DNA of 61,741 bases, counting the filler, from an uncultured bacterium (lineage in GTDB: Bacteria; CAYSBA01), in the NCBI GenBank assembly GCA_964429075.1. It is 18 parts of 18 records of this genome, joined end to end, with 100 filler letters (N's around TTAATTAATTAA, not from the genome) between each part and the next. Parts side by side here need not be neighbours in the genome. Positions count along the whole stretch, not along the records: positions 17,725 to 21,117 come from CAYSBA010000206.1; positions 21,218 to 24,595 come from CAYSBA010000207.1; positions 24,696 to 28,057 come from CAYSBA010000209.1; positions 28,158 to 31,504 come from CAYSBA010000210.1; positions 31,605 to 34,949 come from CAYSBA010000211.1; 13 more parts are not named here. One strand, 5' to 3'. Shown here in pieces: positions 20,165-31,901 of this stretch. The position numbers and the translations under genes were made by a program. Every line of letters starts with the position of its first letter. Within the stretch, counting starts at the first letter, position 1. The notes under the pieces are model-generated. The model worked only from the letters and a program-made list of their open reading frames with translations. It made no database searches and had not been told where the DNA came from.

Positions 20165-21117
20165 TTACCATGAGCCGCCACCTCCACCACCACTAAATCC
20201 TCCAAGTCCTCCAATAGATCCTCCACCGGATATTCCACCGCTCAGAAAGTTATTACCCATAGATCTTGGCGCCGTAAACATTATATGAGACATAAGTCCT
20301 GACATAGAAGAAATACCATAATGAAATTGTAAAAAAGTAATTGGCGCATCCCTATCTGTCTTAAACCAGGATGGCGCATCAATCGAAAGATCCTTGGCTA
20401 TCTTTGACCATCTATCGAGCAGTCCAAAAGCAACTGCATAGGGAAGTATCTTATCGATGTAGTCTGGATCTTCTTCGATAAATCGTTTTAGTCTATCAGC
20501 CTCTACCCTTTTCAAGAACTCATAAAAACCGAGTATGTCAGTAAGGAGTTTTGAACCCTTTTTTGTCCTTGATGGCGCAAGTGGTGAGAACAGTAACAGC
20601 ATAACACCGCTTATTGAAAGAGAGAAGGCACTTTGATAAAGTCCCCACAGGAGTGCAAAAATTCCAGCACCAAGTAGTAATACGCCGAATCCCCTAAAGG
20701 TATCTCTTATTACCCTCGGATTACCCCGAAAGAATAATCTTTTTGTAAGCTTTTCGTAAATTGTATTTTTGATACCCTCTGCAGTTGTATATAGTTTACC
20801 CTTTAGTTCAGAAAGATAAACCATATTGCTAATCTGATCCGCAGTGATCTTTTTTGAAGACCTACCTATTTTTGCCAGATCGAGCAAATTTAAATAAAAG
20901 ATGCCGGAAAGTAGAGATTTTTCATAATCTTTGAGATTCTTATCATCCATAAAATCCTTCTTTTCTAAGATCAATGCGTAATCCTTTTTGTTAATTAAAG
21001 CTCTTTTATTCTCGGTCTCCATTATTGTTATATACCCTCGTGCTGCAAGGTCGATCAGTATCGAAACTATATCCCTTGGATCCACCCTTTCATCCAAAAT
21101 TGTTCCCGCCTCAGCAG
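20165..21117 (-). CDS. DUF2207-family membrane protein, 5'-truncated
   Basis: LIDLAARGYI, RTKKG...GFYEFL, ILPYAVAFG, PSWF, and a Gly-rich GGFSGGGGGGSW end. Confidence 0.85.
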
Positions 21118-21217
21118 NNNNNNNNNNNNNNNNNNNNNNNNNNNNNNNNNNNNNNNNNNNNTTAATTAATTAANNNNNNNNNNNNNNNNNNNNNNNNNNN
21201 NNNNNNNNNNNNNNNNN

Positions 21218-21517
21218 TCGAGGGTACTAAAGATACCTATTGCTCATGGAGAAGGTAGGTACTATGTGGATGATAACACCCTTTTAAAAATGAAGAAAAA
21301 TGGTCAGATTGCATTCAGGTACTGCAACCAGTATGGAGATGTAAGCGATGATTATAATCCCAACGGATCTTTAGAAAATATTGCAGGTGTCTTTAACAAA
21401 ACTAAAAATTGTCTTGGAATGATGCCCCATCCCGAGAGGGCTATCGATTCTTTGCTTGGTTCAGAGGATGGGATATATATCCTTCAATCGATACGAAAAT
21501 GGCTAAAGGAGATCTAA
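21218..21517 (+). CDS. purQ: FGAM synthase glutaminase subunit, C-terminal fragment
   Basis: [27 protein letters not shown]. Confidence 0.95.
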   Translation, partial: SRVLKIPIAHGEGRYYVDDNTLLKMKKNGQIAFRYCNQYGDVSDDYNPNGSLENIAGVFNKTKNCLGMMPHPERAIDSLLGSEDGIYILQSIRKWLKEI

Positions 21518-23742
21518 ATAAAAGACCAAAATTAAAAGAGTCACAGCTCAAAGAAGCGACCTTAAAGGATGCTATTGAGATGGGCCTTACGGAAGAAGAA
21601 TTTGATATAATCATAAAAAGACTAAAAAGGAAGCCGAACTACACTGAGCTCGGCATCCTTTCCGCTCTCTGGAGTGAGCACTGCAGTTATAAGAGTTCCA
21701 GGATACATCTCAAAAAGTTTCCTACAGAAGGTGATCGTGTTATCCAGGGACCGGGTGAGAACGCCGGTGCCATAGACATTGGTGGCGGTTATTGTGCAGT
21801 CTTCAAGATAGAAAGCCACAACCATCCATCATACATTGAACCATATCAGGGTGCAGCAACAGGGGTGGGTGGTATACTAAGAGACATCTTTACTATGGGA
21901 GCAAGACCTGTTGCCAACCTTAACTCTCTCAGGTTTGGAAACCCACAAAGCGAAAAGACAAAGTTCCTGATCTCAGGTGTTGTAAAGGGGATCGGAGATT
22001 ATGGGAACTGTGTCGGTGTCCCTACTGTTGGTGGAGAGTGTAAATTTGATAAAAGCTACGAAAATAACTGTCTTGTCAATGCATTTACGCTTGGCATTGC
22101 AAAGATAAAAGACTTAAAGCGTGGGACGACAGGGAGGCCCGGAAACCTTGTTGTGTATATCGGTTCTAAGACCGGGAAAGATGGTATACATGGTGCCACA
22201 ATGGCATCTGAGGAATTCTCTACTGAGACAGAATCAAAAAGGCCGGCAGTGCAGGTAGGTGATCCCTTTACTGAAAAGCTTTTACTCGAGGCATGTCTCG
22301 AACTGATTCAAAAAGGACTCGTGGTGGGGATACAGGATATGGGAGCAGCCGGATTGAGCAGCTCATCCTTTGAGATGGCAAACAGAAGCAATACCGGTAT
22401 GATCCTTTATTTAGATCGTATCCCTGTCAGACAGAGCGACCTTGGTCCATACGAATTGATGCTTTCAGAGAGCCAGGAACGAATGCTGTTGATAATTGAA
22501 CCGGATAAAAAGGCAAAGGTTTTTGAAATACTCAACAGATGGGAGATAGATGGAGTAGTGATAGGGGAAGTATGTGAAAATAAAAGAATAGCTGGCATCA
22601 TGGAAAACAGGAAAGTCTTTGATTTGCCTGTGGATCTTGTAGTAGAGGATGCTCCCATCTATGAAAGACCATATGAAAAACCTGCTAATATATCAATATT
22701 ACCTGTTCCACCAACAGATTCAATTGGGTTAAAAGATTCACTTGTTGAGCTTATTACCTCGGCAGATCTTTCATATAAGGCATGGATATGGGAACAGTAC
22801 GATCATATGGTCCAGATATCATCAGTTGTTACTCCCCACTGCGATGCTTCGGTTGTGTGGATAAGAGAAGCTAACTGCTTCCTTGCAATGACGCTGGACT
22901 GCGATTCCTTTCTCGTTGATCGTGAACCCAAAAGAGGGGCAATGATGGCAGTCTTTGAAGCTGCAAGAAATATAGTATCATCTGGAGGGTGGCCAGTTGG
23001 GGTAAGCGATTGTCTCAACTTTGCAAATCCTGAGAGAAAAGATGTAATGTATCAGTTTAAAGAGGCAGTAGAAGGGATTGCTGATGCGTGCAGGATCCTT
23101 GACATCCCTGTAGTAAGCGGCAATGTCAGTTTCTACAATGAGACAGAAGGAAAGGGAATAAAACCGACTCCTGTTGTTGCCATGGTAGGGATTATAAAAG
23201 ATAGGGATCATATAAAGAAAATAGGATTCTGTGACAAAGGGCATCATATATATCTTGTAGGTACTGAATCAAAGAGTCTATCTCTTTCTGCATTCACTCG
23301 ACATTTTTTTGGTGAAGAGTATGGTAGATTCCCTGAATTTGAACCACAGCTGGAGTTACTGGTTTTAAAGAGTATTTATAATCTAAACGAAAGAGGGCTT
23401 TTGCGTTCAATACATGATGTTTCTGAAGGAGGTCTCCTTGTTGCGCTTACTGAATGTGCACTCTTTTCAGAAGCAAATGTTGGTTTTTCAATAGAGATTC
23501 CTGACGAGCTGGATGATTTTGCCTTTTGCTTTTCAGAAGACAGTGGAAGATTCGTAGTAACTGTAGATAATGAAAAAAGAGCTGATTTTGAAGCATTTCT
23601 ATCAGAAACAGATACTCCATTTACTCATATAGGTGTAACAACTAAGGATAAGATAGAGATTAAAAATAGATTTGTAATGGATCTAAAAGATTTAAAAAAT
23701 CTATATTTCAACAAATGCTACTTTTCTAATGAATTTAACTAA
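21499..23742 (+). CDS. purL: Phosphoribosylformylglycinamidine synthase subunit PurL
   Basis: [48 protein letters not shown]. Start placed at ATG 21499. Confidence 0.96.
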   Translation: MAKGDLNKRPKLKESQLKEATLKDAIEMGLTEEEFDIIIKRLKRKPNYTELGILSALWSEHCSYKSSRIHLKKFPTEGDRVIQGPGENAGAIDIGGGYCAVFKIESHNHPSYIEPYQGAATGVGGILRDIFTMGARPVANLNSLRFGNPQSEKTKFLISGVVKGIGDYGNCVGVPTVGGECKFDKSYENNCLVNAFTLGIAKIKDLKRGTTGRPGNLVVYIGSKTGKDGIHGATMASEEFSTETESKRPAVQVGDPFTEKLLLEACLELIQKGLVVGIQDMGAAGLSSSSFEMANRSNTGMILYLDRIPVRQSDLGPYELMLSESQERMLLIIEPDKKAKVFEILNRWEIDGVVIGEVCENKRIAGIMENRKVFDLPVDLVVEDAPIYERPYEKPANISILPVPPTDSIGLKDSLVELITSADLSYKAWIWEQYDHMVQISSVVTPHCDASVVWIREANCFLAMTLDCDSFLVDREPKRGAMMAVFEAARNIVSSGGWPVGVSDCLNFANPERKDVMYQFKEAVEGIADACRILDIPVVSGNVSFYNETEGKGIKPTPVVAMVGIIKDRDHIKKIGFCDKGHHIYLVGTESKSLSLSAFTRHFFGEEYGRFPEFEPQLELLVLKSIYNLNERGLLRSIHDVSEGGLLVALTECALFSEANVGFSIEIPDELDDFAFCFSEDSGRFVVTVDNEKRADFEAFLSETDTPFTHIGVTTKDKIEIKNRFVMDLKDLKNLYFNKCYFSNEFN

Positions 23743-23871
23743 TAAGGTAGTTATATTAAAAATTGTCAAGCAAGTATTGATGTTGAAGATTGTGGATATC
23801 ATTGGTCTATCTTACCCACTTTACAAAACACCAAATAGATATTATAAAATATTATCTTGAATGAGTAAAAG

Positions 23872-24354
23872 ATGGAAGGTAAAAAACAGAGACTTTCTAT
23901 TATCTTTTTCAGTGGAGATTATGATAAGGCTATTGCTACCCTGATCCTTGCTACAACTGCTGCATCATCAGGCATGGAGGTTGGTGTTTTTTGCACCTTC
24001 TGGGGTCTTTCTCTATTAAAAAAGGGCAAACGCTTCCGAGGTAAGAATCTTATGTTAAAGATGCTAGAGTTTATGAATCCAGGTAACAAGGAGACCCTAC
24101 CACTAAGTAAGATGAATATGGTGGGCATAGGCAGATCCATGATGAAAAAGATCATGAAATCAAAAAAGACCCCATCTGTTTCTGAATTGTACGACATGGC
24201 TATAGAGCTTGGTGTAAAATTTTATGCCTGTTCAACCTCCTGTCAGGTCATGGGGATTGAAAGGGAAGATCTAAGAGATGATGTGAAAGACATTGTTGGT
24301 GCTGCAACCTTTTTAAAGGAGGCAACAGACTCAGATGTCACACTATTCATATGA
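23872..24354 (+). CDS. DsrE/DsrF/DrsH-like sulfur-relay protein
   Basis: FSGDYDKA, FCTFWGL, LPLSKMNMVGIG, ACSTSCQVMG, VGAATFL...LFI. Confidence 0.87.
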   Translation: MEGKKQRLSIIFFSGDYDKAIATLILATTAASSGMEVGVFCTFWGLSLLKKGKRFRGKNLMLKMLEFMNPGNKETLPLSKMNMVGIGRSMMKKIMKSKKTPSVSELYDMAIELGVKFYACSTSCQVMGIEREDLRDDVKDIVGAATFLKEATDSDVTLFI

Positions 24355-24580
24355 AATAGATAGGCGAGTGGATTGTATCGGGCTTTCGTGCCCAATGCCG
24401 GTTGTAAAAACCAGGATAGAACTTGAAAAGATGAAAAAAGGAGAGATCCTGCTTGTTGTTGCTGACGATCCTGGTTCAAAACAGGATATCCCCTCTTGGT
24501 GTAACATAAGCGGTCATGAATTTCTTGGTATGGAAGAAAAGGAAGGTAGATTTTATTACTATATAAAAAAGATTAATTAG
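24335..24580 (+). CDS. TusA/SirA-family sulfurtransferase
   Basis: DCIGLSCPMP and DDPGSKQDIPSWC. Overlaps the DsrE gene. Confidence 0.9.
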   Translation: MSHYSYEIDRRVDCIGLSCPMPVVKTRIELEKMKKGEILLVVADDPGSKQDIPSWCNISGHEFLGMEEKEGRFYYYIKKIN

Positions 24581-24695
24581 AGTATACATTTATAANNNNN
24601 NNNNNNNNNNNNNNNNNNNNNNNNNNNNNNNNNNNNNNNTTAATTAATTAANNNNNNNNNNNNNNNNNNNNNNNNNNNNNNNNNNNNNNNNNNNN

Positions 24696-25563
24696 GTTTT
24701 GATTGTCTGCTATTTATTTATAGTGTCATGTTCTCTTCCCTCCATACCTTCGCCATCTTTAAATATCAATATAAATGCACCAAACGGTGAGAGTTCTTCT
24801 CAGGAGGAGGTTTCTTCTGGTGAGACCGGGCATGAAGAGGGCAGCAGTTTTGATCTTTTTGGTGCTCAGATGTTTGGTGAGATGATGGCTGTTCAAATGA
24901 TGCCTATGATGATTCAGATGTATGCAACGATCCTCTTCACCTATGCATTTAATGTATGGGGTGTATGGGTTGGTTACGATAATTATAAAGAAGGTCAGTA
25001 TACAAAATGGCGGATGATGCATGATGAAAACGGCGAAGCTCAAACTGCATATCTTGAAAAGGCTTTTTTGAAAAAGACAAAAGATGGAGGCGAATGGTGG
25101 CGTGTTTCCTTTTATTCTAAAGAGGATAACAAGGAGATTATATATGAAGGTCTTTTTACAGAACACAGAACAAAGCTGCTTTATCTAAGAGGCAAACTAC
25201 CCAATACAAGTGTTGTAACAGTTGATTTGAGGCAATTTAATTACACCCCACCAAAGTATGAAGATAGTAAAAAGGTGATAAAGACAAATTTTGTAGGCGA
25301 TACAGTTATAAAGNNNNNNNNNNGCCCATATAAGGATAGCATCAATGGATGGTAACCATGAAATAAACTGGTATCTTTCAGACAAAGTACCTGGTGGGAT
25401 TGTAAGATATTCTGTAAAAAGCAAGTACGAACAGGATAACGAAGATAGGACAACAAAATATACAAACAATTTTGTTTTTGAGATCATGGAGATTGGTCAG
25501 GGTGCAATGCCCAAACTTGGTTCACTCGATGTGCCGGTTAGTTTATCAAGTGATAAAAAATAG
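24696..25563 (+). CDS. Hypothetical lipoprotein, interrupted by a 10-N scaffold gap
   Basis: Lipobox IVSC and a Met-rich helix. Coding continues after the gap at 25314-25323 (WYLSDKVPGGIVRY) in a different frame. Confidence 0.55.
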
Positions 25564-25580
25564 GGAAAAAGGAGTATATC

Positions 25581-26018
25581 ATGTCAAGAGGTCTTAACAA
25601 AGTTTTGATTATCGGTAATCTTGGAAGGGATCCAGAATTACGTTATACCAAAAGTGGTACACCGGTTGTTAACCTCAGTGTTGCCACTACCCATGTTGAG
25701 AAGTCACCAGATGGTGAACAAAAAGAGATAACAGAATGGCACAGGATCTCAGTTTTTGGAAAGCAAGCAGAATTCTGTAACAGATATCTTACAAAGGGGA
25801 GACAGGTCTTTGTAGAGGGAAGGTTGAGGACAAGAAAGTGGGAAGATAGAAGTGGTCAAATCAGATACACAACAGAGATACTTGCAGATAGAGTTATGTT
25901 TTTAGGCTCACGCTTTAACAATGATCAGGTTGCACAACAACCAAAAGATGAACCTCTGGAGTCTGTCCCAGATTATATAGACGAGTCTATACCAGAGGAC
26001 GATGAGATTCCATTTTAA
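25581..26018 (+). CDS. ssb: Single-stranded DNA-binding protein
   Basis: LNKVLIIGNLGRDPELRYT, TEWHR, VEGRLRTRKW, C-terminal DDEIPF. Confidence 0.97.
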   Translation: MSRGLNKVLIIGNLGRDPELRYTKSGTPVVNLSVATTHVEKSPDGEQKEITEWHRISVFGKQAEFCNRYLTKGRQVFVEGRLRTRKWEDRSGQIRYTTEILADRVMFLGSRFNNDQVAQQPKDEPLESVPDYIDESIPEDDEIPF

Positions 26019-26030
26019 CATTAGTAAAAC

Positions 26031-27143
26031 ATGGGAAAAAAGAGAAATGTATTAATAACAGGTTATCCCGGATTTATCAGTCAAAAACTCCTCGAAAAGA
26101 TAATATACGAGGAACCGCAGACCACAGTCTACCTTATTGTACTTGAAAGCCTTCTCAACAGAGCAAGACGAGAGATTTCCAAATTAAAGGATGGGAAAAA
26201 GAGGGTTAAAATATTTTCTGGTGACATTATCAAGATAGACCTTGGACTATCTGGCAAAGAGTGTGATGAGCTATTAGAAAGAGTTACAGACATCTATCAC
26301 CTTGCAGCTATCTACTATCTTGGAGTATCTAAAGAATATATGTGGAAGGTAAATGTTACAGGGACGGAAAATCTTTTACAATTTGCAACTGAGATGAAAA
26401 GACTGAGGGTCTTTAATCATTTTAGCACCTGTCATGTCTCAGGTACGAGGACAGGAGTTATATGCGAAGATGAGCTTGATCTTGGTCAGAAATTCAGGAA
26501 TTTCTATGAGTATACAAAGTTTGAGGCAGAAAAGGTCGTTCATACCTATGGTAACAGAGTACCTTTTATAATCTTCAGACCATCTATAGTAATAGGTGAT
26601 GCAAAAACACGAGAACTCGAGCGATTCAGGAGTATTTACTATTTTGCAGTTCTTCTTGTAACGTCACCTATAGCTGTTCCATTGCCGTTACCTGGGAGTG
26701 GAAATGCTCCATTAAATGTAGTTCCCATAAACTTTGTTGTAGATACAGTATACTATATCTCACTAAAAAACAACGCTATCGGTAAGACCTTTCACATAGT
26801 TGATCCAAATCCACCCTCATTTAGGAAGGTATATGAACTTGTTGCAAAGAAATCATTGAAGCCAATACCACATTTTACCATGGCACATAAGATAATCTCT
26901 CTATTGCCAAATCTACCTCTTGTAGGCTCCTGGTTTAAGGTTCACAAAAAGGTTATAGACTATATAGATCACAATGCAATCTACAACTGTGTAAATACAC
27001 TCTCTTTTCTTCAAGGCTCTGGTGTGGAGTTTCCGAGGTTTGACAGATACATTGACAGTCTCGTAGAATATGTAAAACACTACTATTCTTCTCGTGAAAA
27101 GAGCAGAAAGAAAGAGGATGAAATACCCGATCCACTGATGTAG
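26031..27143 (+). CDS. Extended SDR-family oxidoreductase (male-sterility/thioester-reductase-like)
   Basis: TGYPGFI, HLAA, VNVTGT, YEYTKFEAE (YxxxK), RPSIVIGD. Confidence 0.82.
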   Translation: MGKKRNVLITGYPGFISQKLLEKIIYEEPQTTVYLIVLESLLNRARREISKLKDGKKRVKIFSGDIIKIDLGLSGKECDELLERVTDIYHLAAIYYLGVSKEYMWKVNVTGTENLLQFATEMKRLRVFNHFSTCHVSGTRTGVICEDELDLGQKFRNFYEYTKFEAEKVVHTYGNRVPFIIFRPSIVIGDAKTRELERFRSIYYFAVLLVTSPIAVPLPLPGSGNAPLNVVPINFVVDTVYYISLKNNAIGKTFHIVDPNPPSFRKVYELVAKKSLKPIPHFTMAHKIISLLPNLPLVGSWFKVHKKVIDYIDHNAIYNCVNTLSFLQGSGVEFPRFDRYIDSLVEYVKHYYSSREKSRKKEDEIPDPLM

Positions 27144-28057
27144 TGATGAAAAGGGTTGTAGTTACAGGCGCATCAGGTTTTCTTGGTATCAACCTACTTG
27201 TTGAACTTTTGAAAGAAAAAGACATTAAAATACTTGCAGTTGGTAGAAGGCGAAAGGTTGTCCCTTTTCTTTCTAAATATGTAAAAGATATAGATCTATC
27301 TCGATTAGATGAGGTTTCAGTAGATATTAGGGATAGAAAAAAGATAGAGGAGATAATAAAAGGGGCAGATTTTGTATATCATGTAGCTGGATATATAAGT
27401 CTTTCACCTTACAGACAGAAGACACTGTATCAGGTGAATGTAGAGGGTACTGATAATGTGATGCATGCATCATTAAAACATGGAATTGAGCGGGTAGTAC
27501 ATACGAGCAGCATAGCGGCAGTCGGGTATGGTAGTATGGAAAGACCATGGAAGGAGGATGATGTTTGGAATTTTGAAGGGATGCATCTTCCATATCACAG
27601 GACAAAGAGAGAGGGAGAAAAGATTGCCCTTTCTTATGCAAAAGAAGGCCTTGATGTTGTTGTTGTTAACCCTGGTTATATAATTGGGGGATTGGATCCA
27701 TCTGGTGCATCTAATCTAATTGTGAAGATATGTATAAAGACGGGGATGCCTTTTTATCCAAAAAGGGGGGGAATAAATGTATGCTATGTAAAAGATGTTG
27801 CAAAAGGTCATATACTGGCAATGAAAAAGGGTAAAAAGGGCGAGCGTTACATACTTGGTGGAGAAAATGTAACATATAAAAGGCTGCTTGAGTTAATCTG
27901 CCACTACGCAAAGCGACCAGGGCCGTTTATCCCTCTGTATGAAAGTCCTGTTAAGATATTCTCATTGATTGGATCTTTACTGAATAGACTTTTTAACAAC
28001 AGATTTGAGCTTTTACACCCATCCTTTGTATCAAATCTCTTTATTGAGCACTATGTG
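27143..28057 (+). CDS. NAD-dependent epimerase/dehydratase (HpnA/dihydroflavonol reductase-like), 3'-truncated
   Basis: VTGASGFLG, NVEGT, HTSSIAA, YHRTK, GERYILGG. Confidence 0.85.
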
Positions 28058-28157
28058 NNNNNNNNNNNNNNNNNNNNNNNNNNNNNNNNNNNNNNNNNNN
28101 NTTAATTAATTAANNNNNNNNNNNNNNNNNNNNNNNNNNNNNNNNNNNNNNNNNNNN

Positions 28158-29184
28158 GAGCTCCTTTAACAATCCCTCTTAAATTCTTGATATTGCCATC
28201 ATCAAAAATAGACATCTTTGATGGGGCATCAGATAGTGCTATTTTTGCTACCTCATTTAGTATTATATTTCCATCAAGATCAACCAAAACATCAAACTCC
28301 CTAATCATTGAAGGGCTCCTTGATAGCACAAATAATTCTTTTTCTTTATTATCATACAAGAGGTCTACAGTATAATTCCCCCTATCAGAAGTATATGTCT
28401 TTTGAGTGGCCTGATATTCAAATTGATCGACCTGCCTCCCTTCAATTAGGCTCTCTGGACTTGATCCAAGAAGCCTTGGCTGGTTGATATCCCCGAGCAG
28501 TACAAGAGAGGGACTGTCTATATAGATACCAGTTAAAAAAGAACCATCATCATAGGACTTATATTCTATCAAAGATAAATCATCCTGATCAAAGATTGAA
28601 AAACCTCCATATTCCCCACTCTCATAACCAAGCAGATGGGTTACGAAGATGCATTTCTTTAATCCACATTCTATATCAAAAAGTCCAAAGGGATTTTTTA
28701 AATCAAGCGCTATTGAATTCTTTTCGCAGGTACTATCTTCGCAGTGGGGGGTACCGTCAACAAGGGGGATTTTATAAAGTCTCGAACTATAACGGGTAAC
28801 AACAAAGAGGTTTTGATCGCTCACAATCATAGAACCGCAATAGGGTTCTATATAGACCCCTTTAGAAACTATCCCCTGAAAGTATCCTTCCTGTGCAGAA
28901 TAATGATCTGCATCTGAAATTGAGTCAAACGGCTGAATATCTTTTACAGCATCCCTAAGACTGCTTAGGTTGATCGCAACAATATTACCATAGCTATATG
29001 AAAGGTCCATGTCGGAAGAGCAGACATATAACCAGTTTGAATCCACTGCCATCCCAACTGGATAAAAAATAGAATCCTTTTCTGGGAATAGTGGGGCTGC
29101 TGTATTAACACAACCGTATATTAGCACAGAAACTAAAATGATATTAAATGCCTTCAGCTTCAATGGCACTCCTTGCAGCAGCAA
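28158..29184 (-). CDS. Hypothetical lipoprotein with probable beta-propeller (3'-truncated)
   Basis: Lipobox IYGC; YPVGMAVD..WLYVCSSDMDL and NPFGL repeats suggest propeller blades. Confidence 0.5.
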
Positions 29185-31504
29185 GTCTTGCTACAGGCAA
29201 TCTGAAGGGTGAGCAGGATACATAATTTAGGCCAATTGAATCACAAAATGCAATGCTGTCCGGATCACCACCATGTTCGCCACAGATTCCGAGTTTTATA
29301 TCCTTGCGCCTTGATTTTGCCTTTTCGACACAGATCTGCATGAGCTGTCCTACTCCATCTGTATCGAGGGTGGCAAAAGGATTCTTCTTGAGTATCCCCT
29401 CATCCAGATAGATCCCTATAAATTTTCCAATATCATCACGAGAGAATCCAAATGTTGTCTGTGTCAGATCGTTTGTCCCAAAGGAAAAAAACTCTGCATG
29501 TTCAGCAATCCTATCTGCCACCATACATGCCCTTGGAAGTTCTATCATTGTTCCAACCCTGTATTCTACCCTTTTTCCACGCTCTTTAAAGACTCTTTCA
29601 GCTGTCTCATCAACAACTCTTTTCTGATGTTCCAGCTCCTTTTCACTCCCTACAAGGGGGATCATGATCTCAGGTTTTACATCAATACCATCCTCTTTTG
29701 CATCTATTGCTGCATTGAAAATGGCTGATGCCTGCATACGGGTGATCTCTGGATTGCTTATCCCAAGTCTACAGCCCCTGTGACCGAGCATTGGATTTTG
29801 TTCTGTAAGTTCCTCAACCCTCCTTTTCAGAAGCAGAAGTTCCTTTCGCTTTTGTTCAGATGGATTACCCCTCAGTTGCTCTTCGATCTCAGACAGTCTT
29901 GGTAAAAATTCATGAAGGGGGGGATCGAGGGTTCTTATGGTCACAGGTCGTTCACCCATAGCAACAAATATTTCATAAAAATCCTTCCTCTGAAACTCCT
30001 CGAGTTTTTTAAGAAGCTTTTCTCTATGTTCTCTATCCTTAGTTAGTATGAACTCCCTGAATAGAGGTATTCTTTCTTTTTCAAAAAACATGTGTTCTGT
30101 CCTGCATAGACCAATACCCTCAGCACCAAACTTGACAGCAAGTTCTGCATCAGTTTTTCTATCTCCATTTGCCCTTATACCCAGCCTTCTATATTTATCG
30201 GCCCAATCGAGCAGGGTTGCAAAGTACTGGTATTGTTCAGATTCATCCGGTGAAATCTCTCCATTCAATACCCTTATTATTTCGGATGGACGCATCGGCA
30301 CCCTGCCCGGCATTACCTCACCGGTAGTGCCATCTATTGATATATAATCACCCTCCTTAAGTTCAAGGTTCTTTATCCGGATCTTTCTCTCATCCAGATC
30401 TATATCTATAACTCCGCATCCAACGACAGCAGGTTTGCCCATCTGACGACTTACCACTGCGGCGTGTGAGGTGTTGCCACCTGTGGCAGTCAATATACCT
30501 CTGGATACAATCATACCATTTATATCGTCAGGCTCAGTTTCTGGTCTTACAAGGATTACATCTTTATTTTGTTTTGCCAGCATAATGGCAGTCTCAGAAT
30601 CGAGTACTATCACTCCACTTGCAGCACCTGGTGATGCTCCAAGACCTTCTGCAACAACCTTATATCTTTTTTTCTCCTCCAAAACGAATTCTGGATGTAA
30701 CAGTTGATCCAGCGCAGAGGGTTCTACCCTGAGAAGGGCCTCCTTCTCACTGATAAGTCCCTCTTCTACCATGTCTACAGCAATCTTTACCGCGGCCCTT
30801 CCTGTCCTTTTACCGTTTCTTGTCTGCAGCATGTATAGTTTGCCCCTTTCGATTGTAAACTCAAAGTCCTGAACATCTCTATAGTGTTTCTCAAGTCTGT
30901 CGGTAATCTCCTTAAGCTGCTCGAATACCTCAGGCATGAGATCCTGTAATTTACTTATCGGCATCGGTGTCCTTATCCCTGCAACCACATCTTCTCCCTG
31001 AGCATTGAGTAGAAATTCACCATAAAACTCCTTTTTGCCATTTGAAGGGTTACGTGTGAATCCCACACCGGTACCTGAATCATTCCCCATGTTGCCGAAT
31101 ACCATAGACTGGATGTTTACAGCTGTACCAAGATCATCAGGGATATTATTGGCCCTTCTGTATACTATTGCCCTTTCGTTGTTCCACGATCTAAACACTG
31201 CCTCTACTGCCGCCTTTAGCTGGTCGTAGACGTCCATTGGAAAGGGTATATCTGCCCGTTCTTCAAAAAGACCAATATACTCCTCAATTAATTCCCTCAG
31301 CTCTATTTCATCAAGTTCAATTTCACTATTTTTATTTGATTTTTGAATCTTTATGTTTAAGAGTGTTTCAAATTCCTTTCTTGGTATCCCGAATACCACA
31401 TCAGCAAACATCTGGATAAATCTCCTGTAGGCATCATATGCAAATCTACCATCTCCGGTTACCTGTTTTAATCCCTCAACAGTAACTTCGTTCAGACCGA
31501 GGTT
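29144..31504 (-). CDS. ppdK: Pyruvate, phosphate dikinase (5'-truncated)
   Basis: NAQGEDVVAGIRTP, TSHAAVV, GIGLCRTEHM, NPMLGHRGCR, FSFGTNDLTQ, GICGEHGGDP. The frame is open to the edge (NLGLNE...). Confidence 0.97.
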   Translation of the reverse strand, partial: NLGLNEVTVEGLKQVTGDGRFAYDAYRRFIQMFADVVFGIPRKEFETLLNIKIQKSNKNSEIELDEIELRELIEEYIGLFEERADIPFPMDVYDQLKAAVEAVFRSWNNERAIVYRRANNIPDDLGTAVNIQSMVFGNMGNDSGTGVGFTRNPSNGKKEFYGEFLLNAQGEDVVAGIRTPMPISKLQDLMPEVFEQLKEITDRLEKHYRDVQDFEFTIERGKLYMLQTRNGKRTGRAAVKIAVDMVEEGLISEKEALLRVEPSALDQLLHPEFVLEEKKRYKVVAEGLGASPGAASGVIVLDSETAIMLAKQNKDVILVRPETEPDDINGMIVSRGILTATGGNTSHAAVVSRQMGKPAVVGCGVIDIDLDERKIRIKNLELKEGDYISIDGTTGEVMPGRVPMRPSEIIRVLNGEISPDESEQYQYFATLLDWADKYRRLGIRANGDRKTDAELAVKFGAEGIGLCRTEHMFFEKERIPLFREFILTKDREHREKLLKKLEEFQRKDFYEIFVAMGERPVTIRTLDPPLHEFLPRLSEIEEQLRGNPSEQKRKELLLLKRRVEELTEQNPMLGHRGCRLGISNPEITRMQASAIFNAAIDAKEDGIDVKPEIMIPLVGSEKELEHQKRVVDETAERVFKERGKRVEYRVGTMIELPRACMVADRIAEHAEFFSFGTNDLTQTTFGFSRDDIGKFIGIYLDEGILKKNPFATLDTDGVGQLMQICVEKAKSRRKDIKLGICGEHGGDPDSIAFCDSIGLNYVSCSPFRLPVARLAAARSAIEAEGI

Positions 31505-31613
31505 NNNNNNNNNNNNNNNNNNNNNNNNNNNNNNNNNNNNNNNNNNNNTTAATTAATTAANNNNNNNNNNNNNNNNNNNNNNNNNNNNNNNNNNNNNNNN
31601 NNNNGGTGAATAG

Positions 31614-31889
31614 ATGAAGATAAAAGAAAAAGATAGAGAGTACAAAGTTCCGATTGTTGAAAGCATCCCAGAAGATCTTCTTAGTCCTGAAGAAGAGAAG
31701 GTCTATCGAATGCTACATTCAGTAATTGACCATGAAGAGGAGTTGTTTTCTGAGATATCTGTCGTTGATGAAGAGACATATTTTGATCTATGTGATCTTC
31801 AGGCACTGTTATATAATGCTATTGTCGAAGATGAGAAAGACCCTGCCAGGATCCATAACATCATTAACAAACTGAAAAAAAAGACCTAA
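31614..31889 (+). CDS. Hypothetical acidic protein
   Basis: 91-aa ORF directly upstream of and co-oriented with the lipid kinase. Confidence 0.5.
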   Translation: MKIKEKDREYKVPIVESIPEDLLSPEEEKVYRMLHSVIDHEEELFSEISVVDEETYFDLCDLQALLYNAIVEDEKDPARIHNIINKLKKKT

Positions 31890-31901
31890 GCAAAGGATAT
31901 T

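Noticed and set aside
25314-25563. Apparent frameshift splitting ORFs 24699-25355 and 25345-25563
   Set aside because: The frame change coincides with a 10-N placeholder gap of unknown true length. This is probably one gene.
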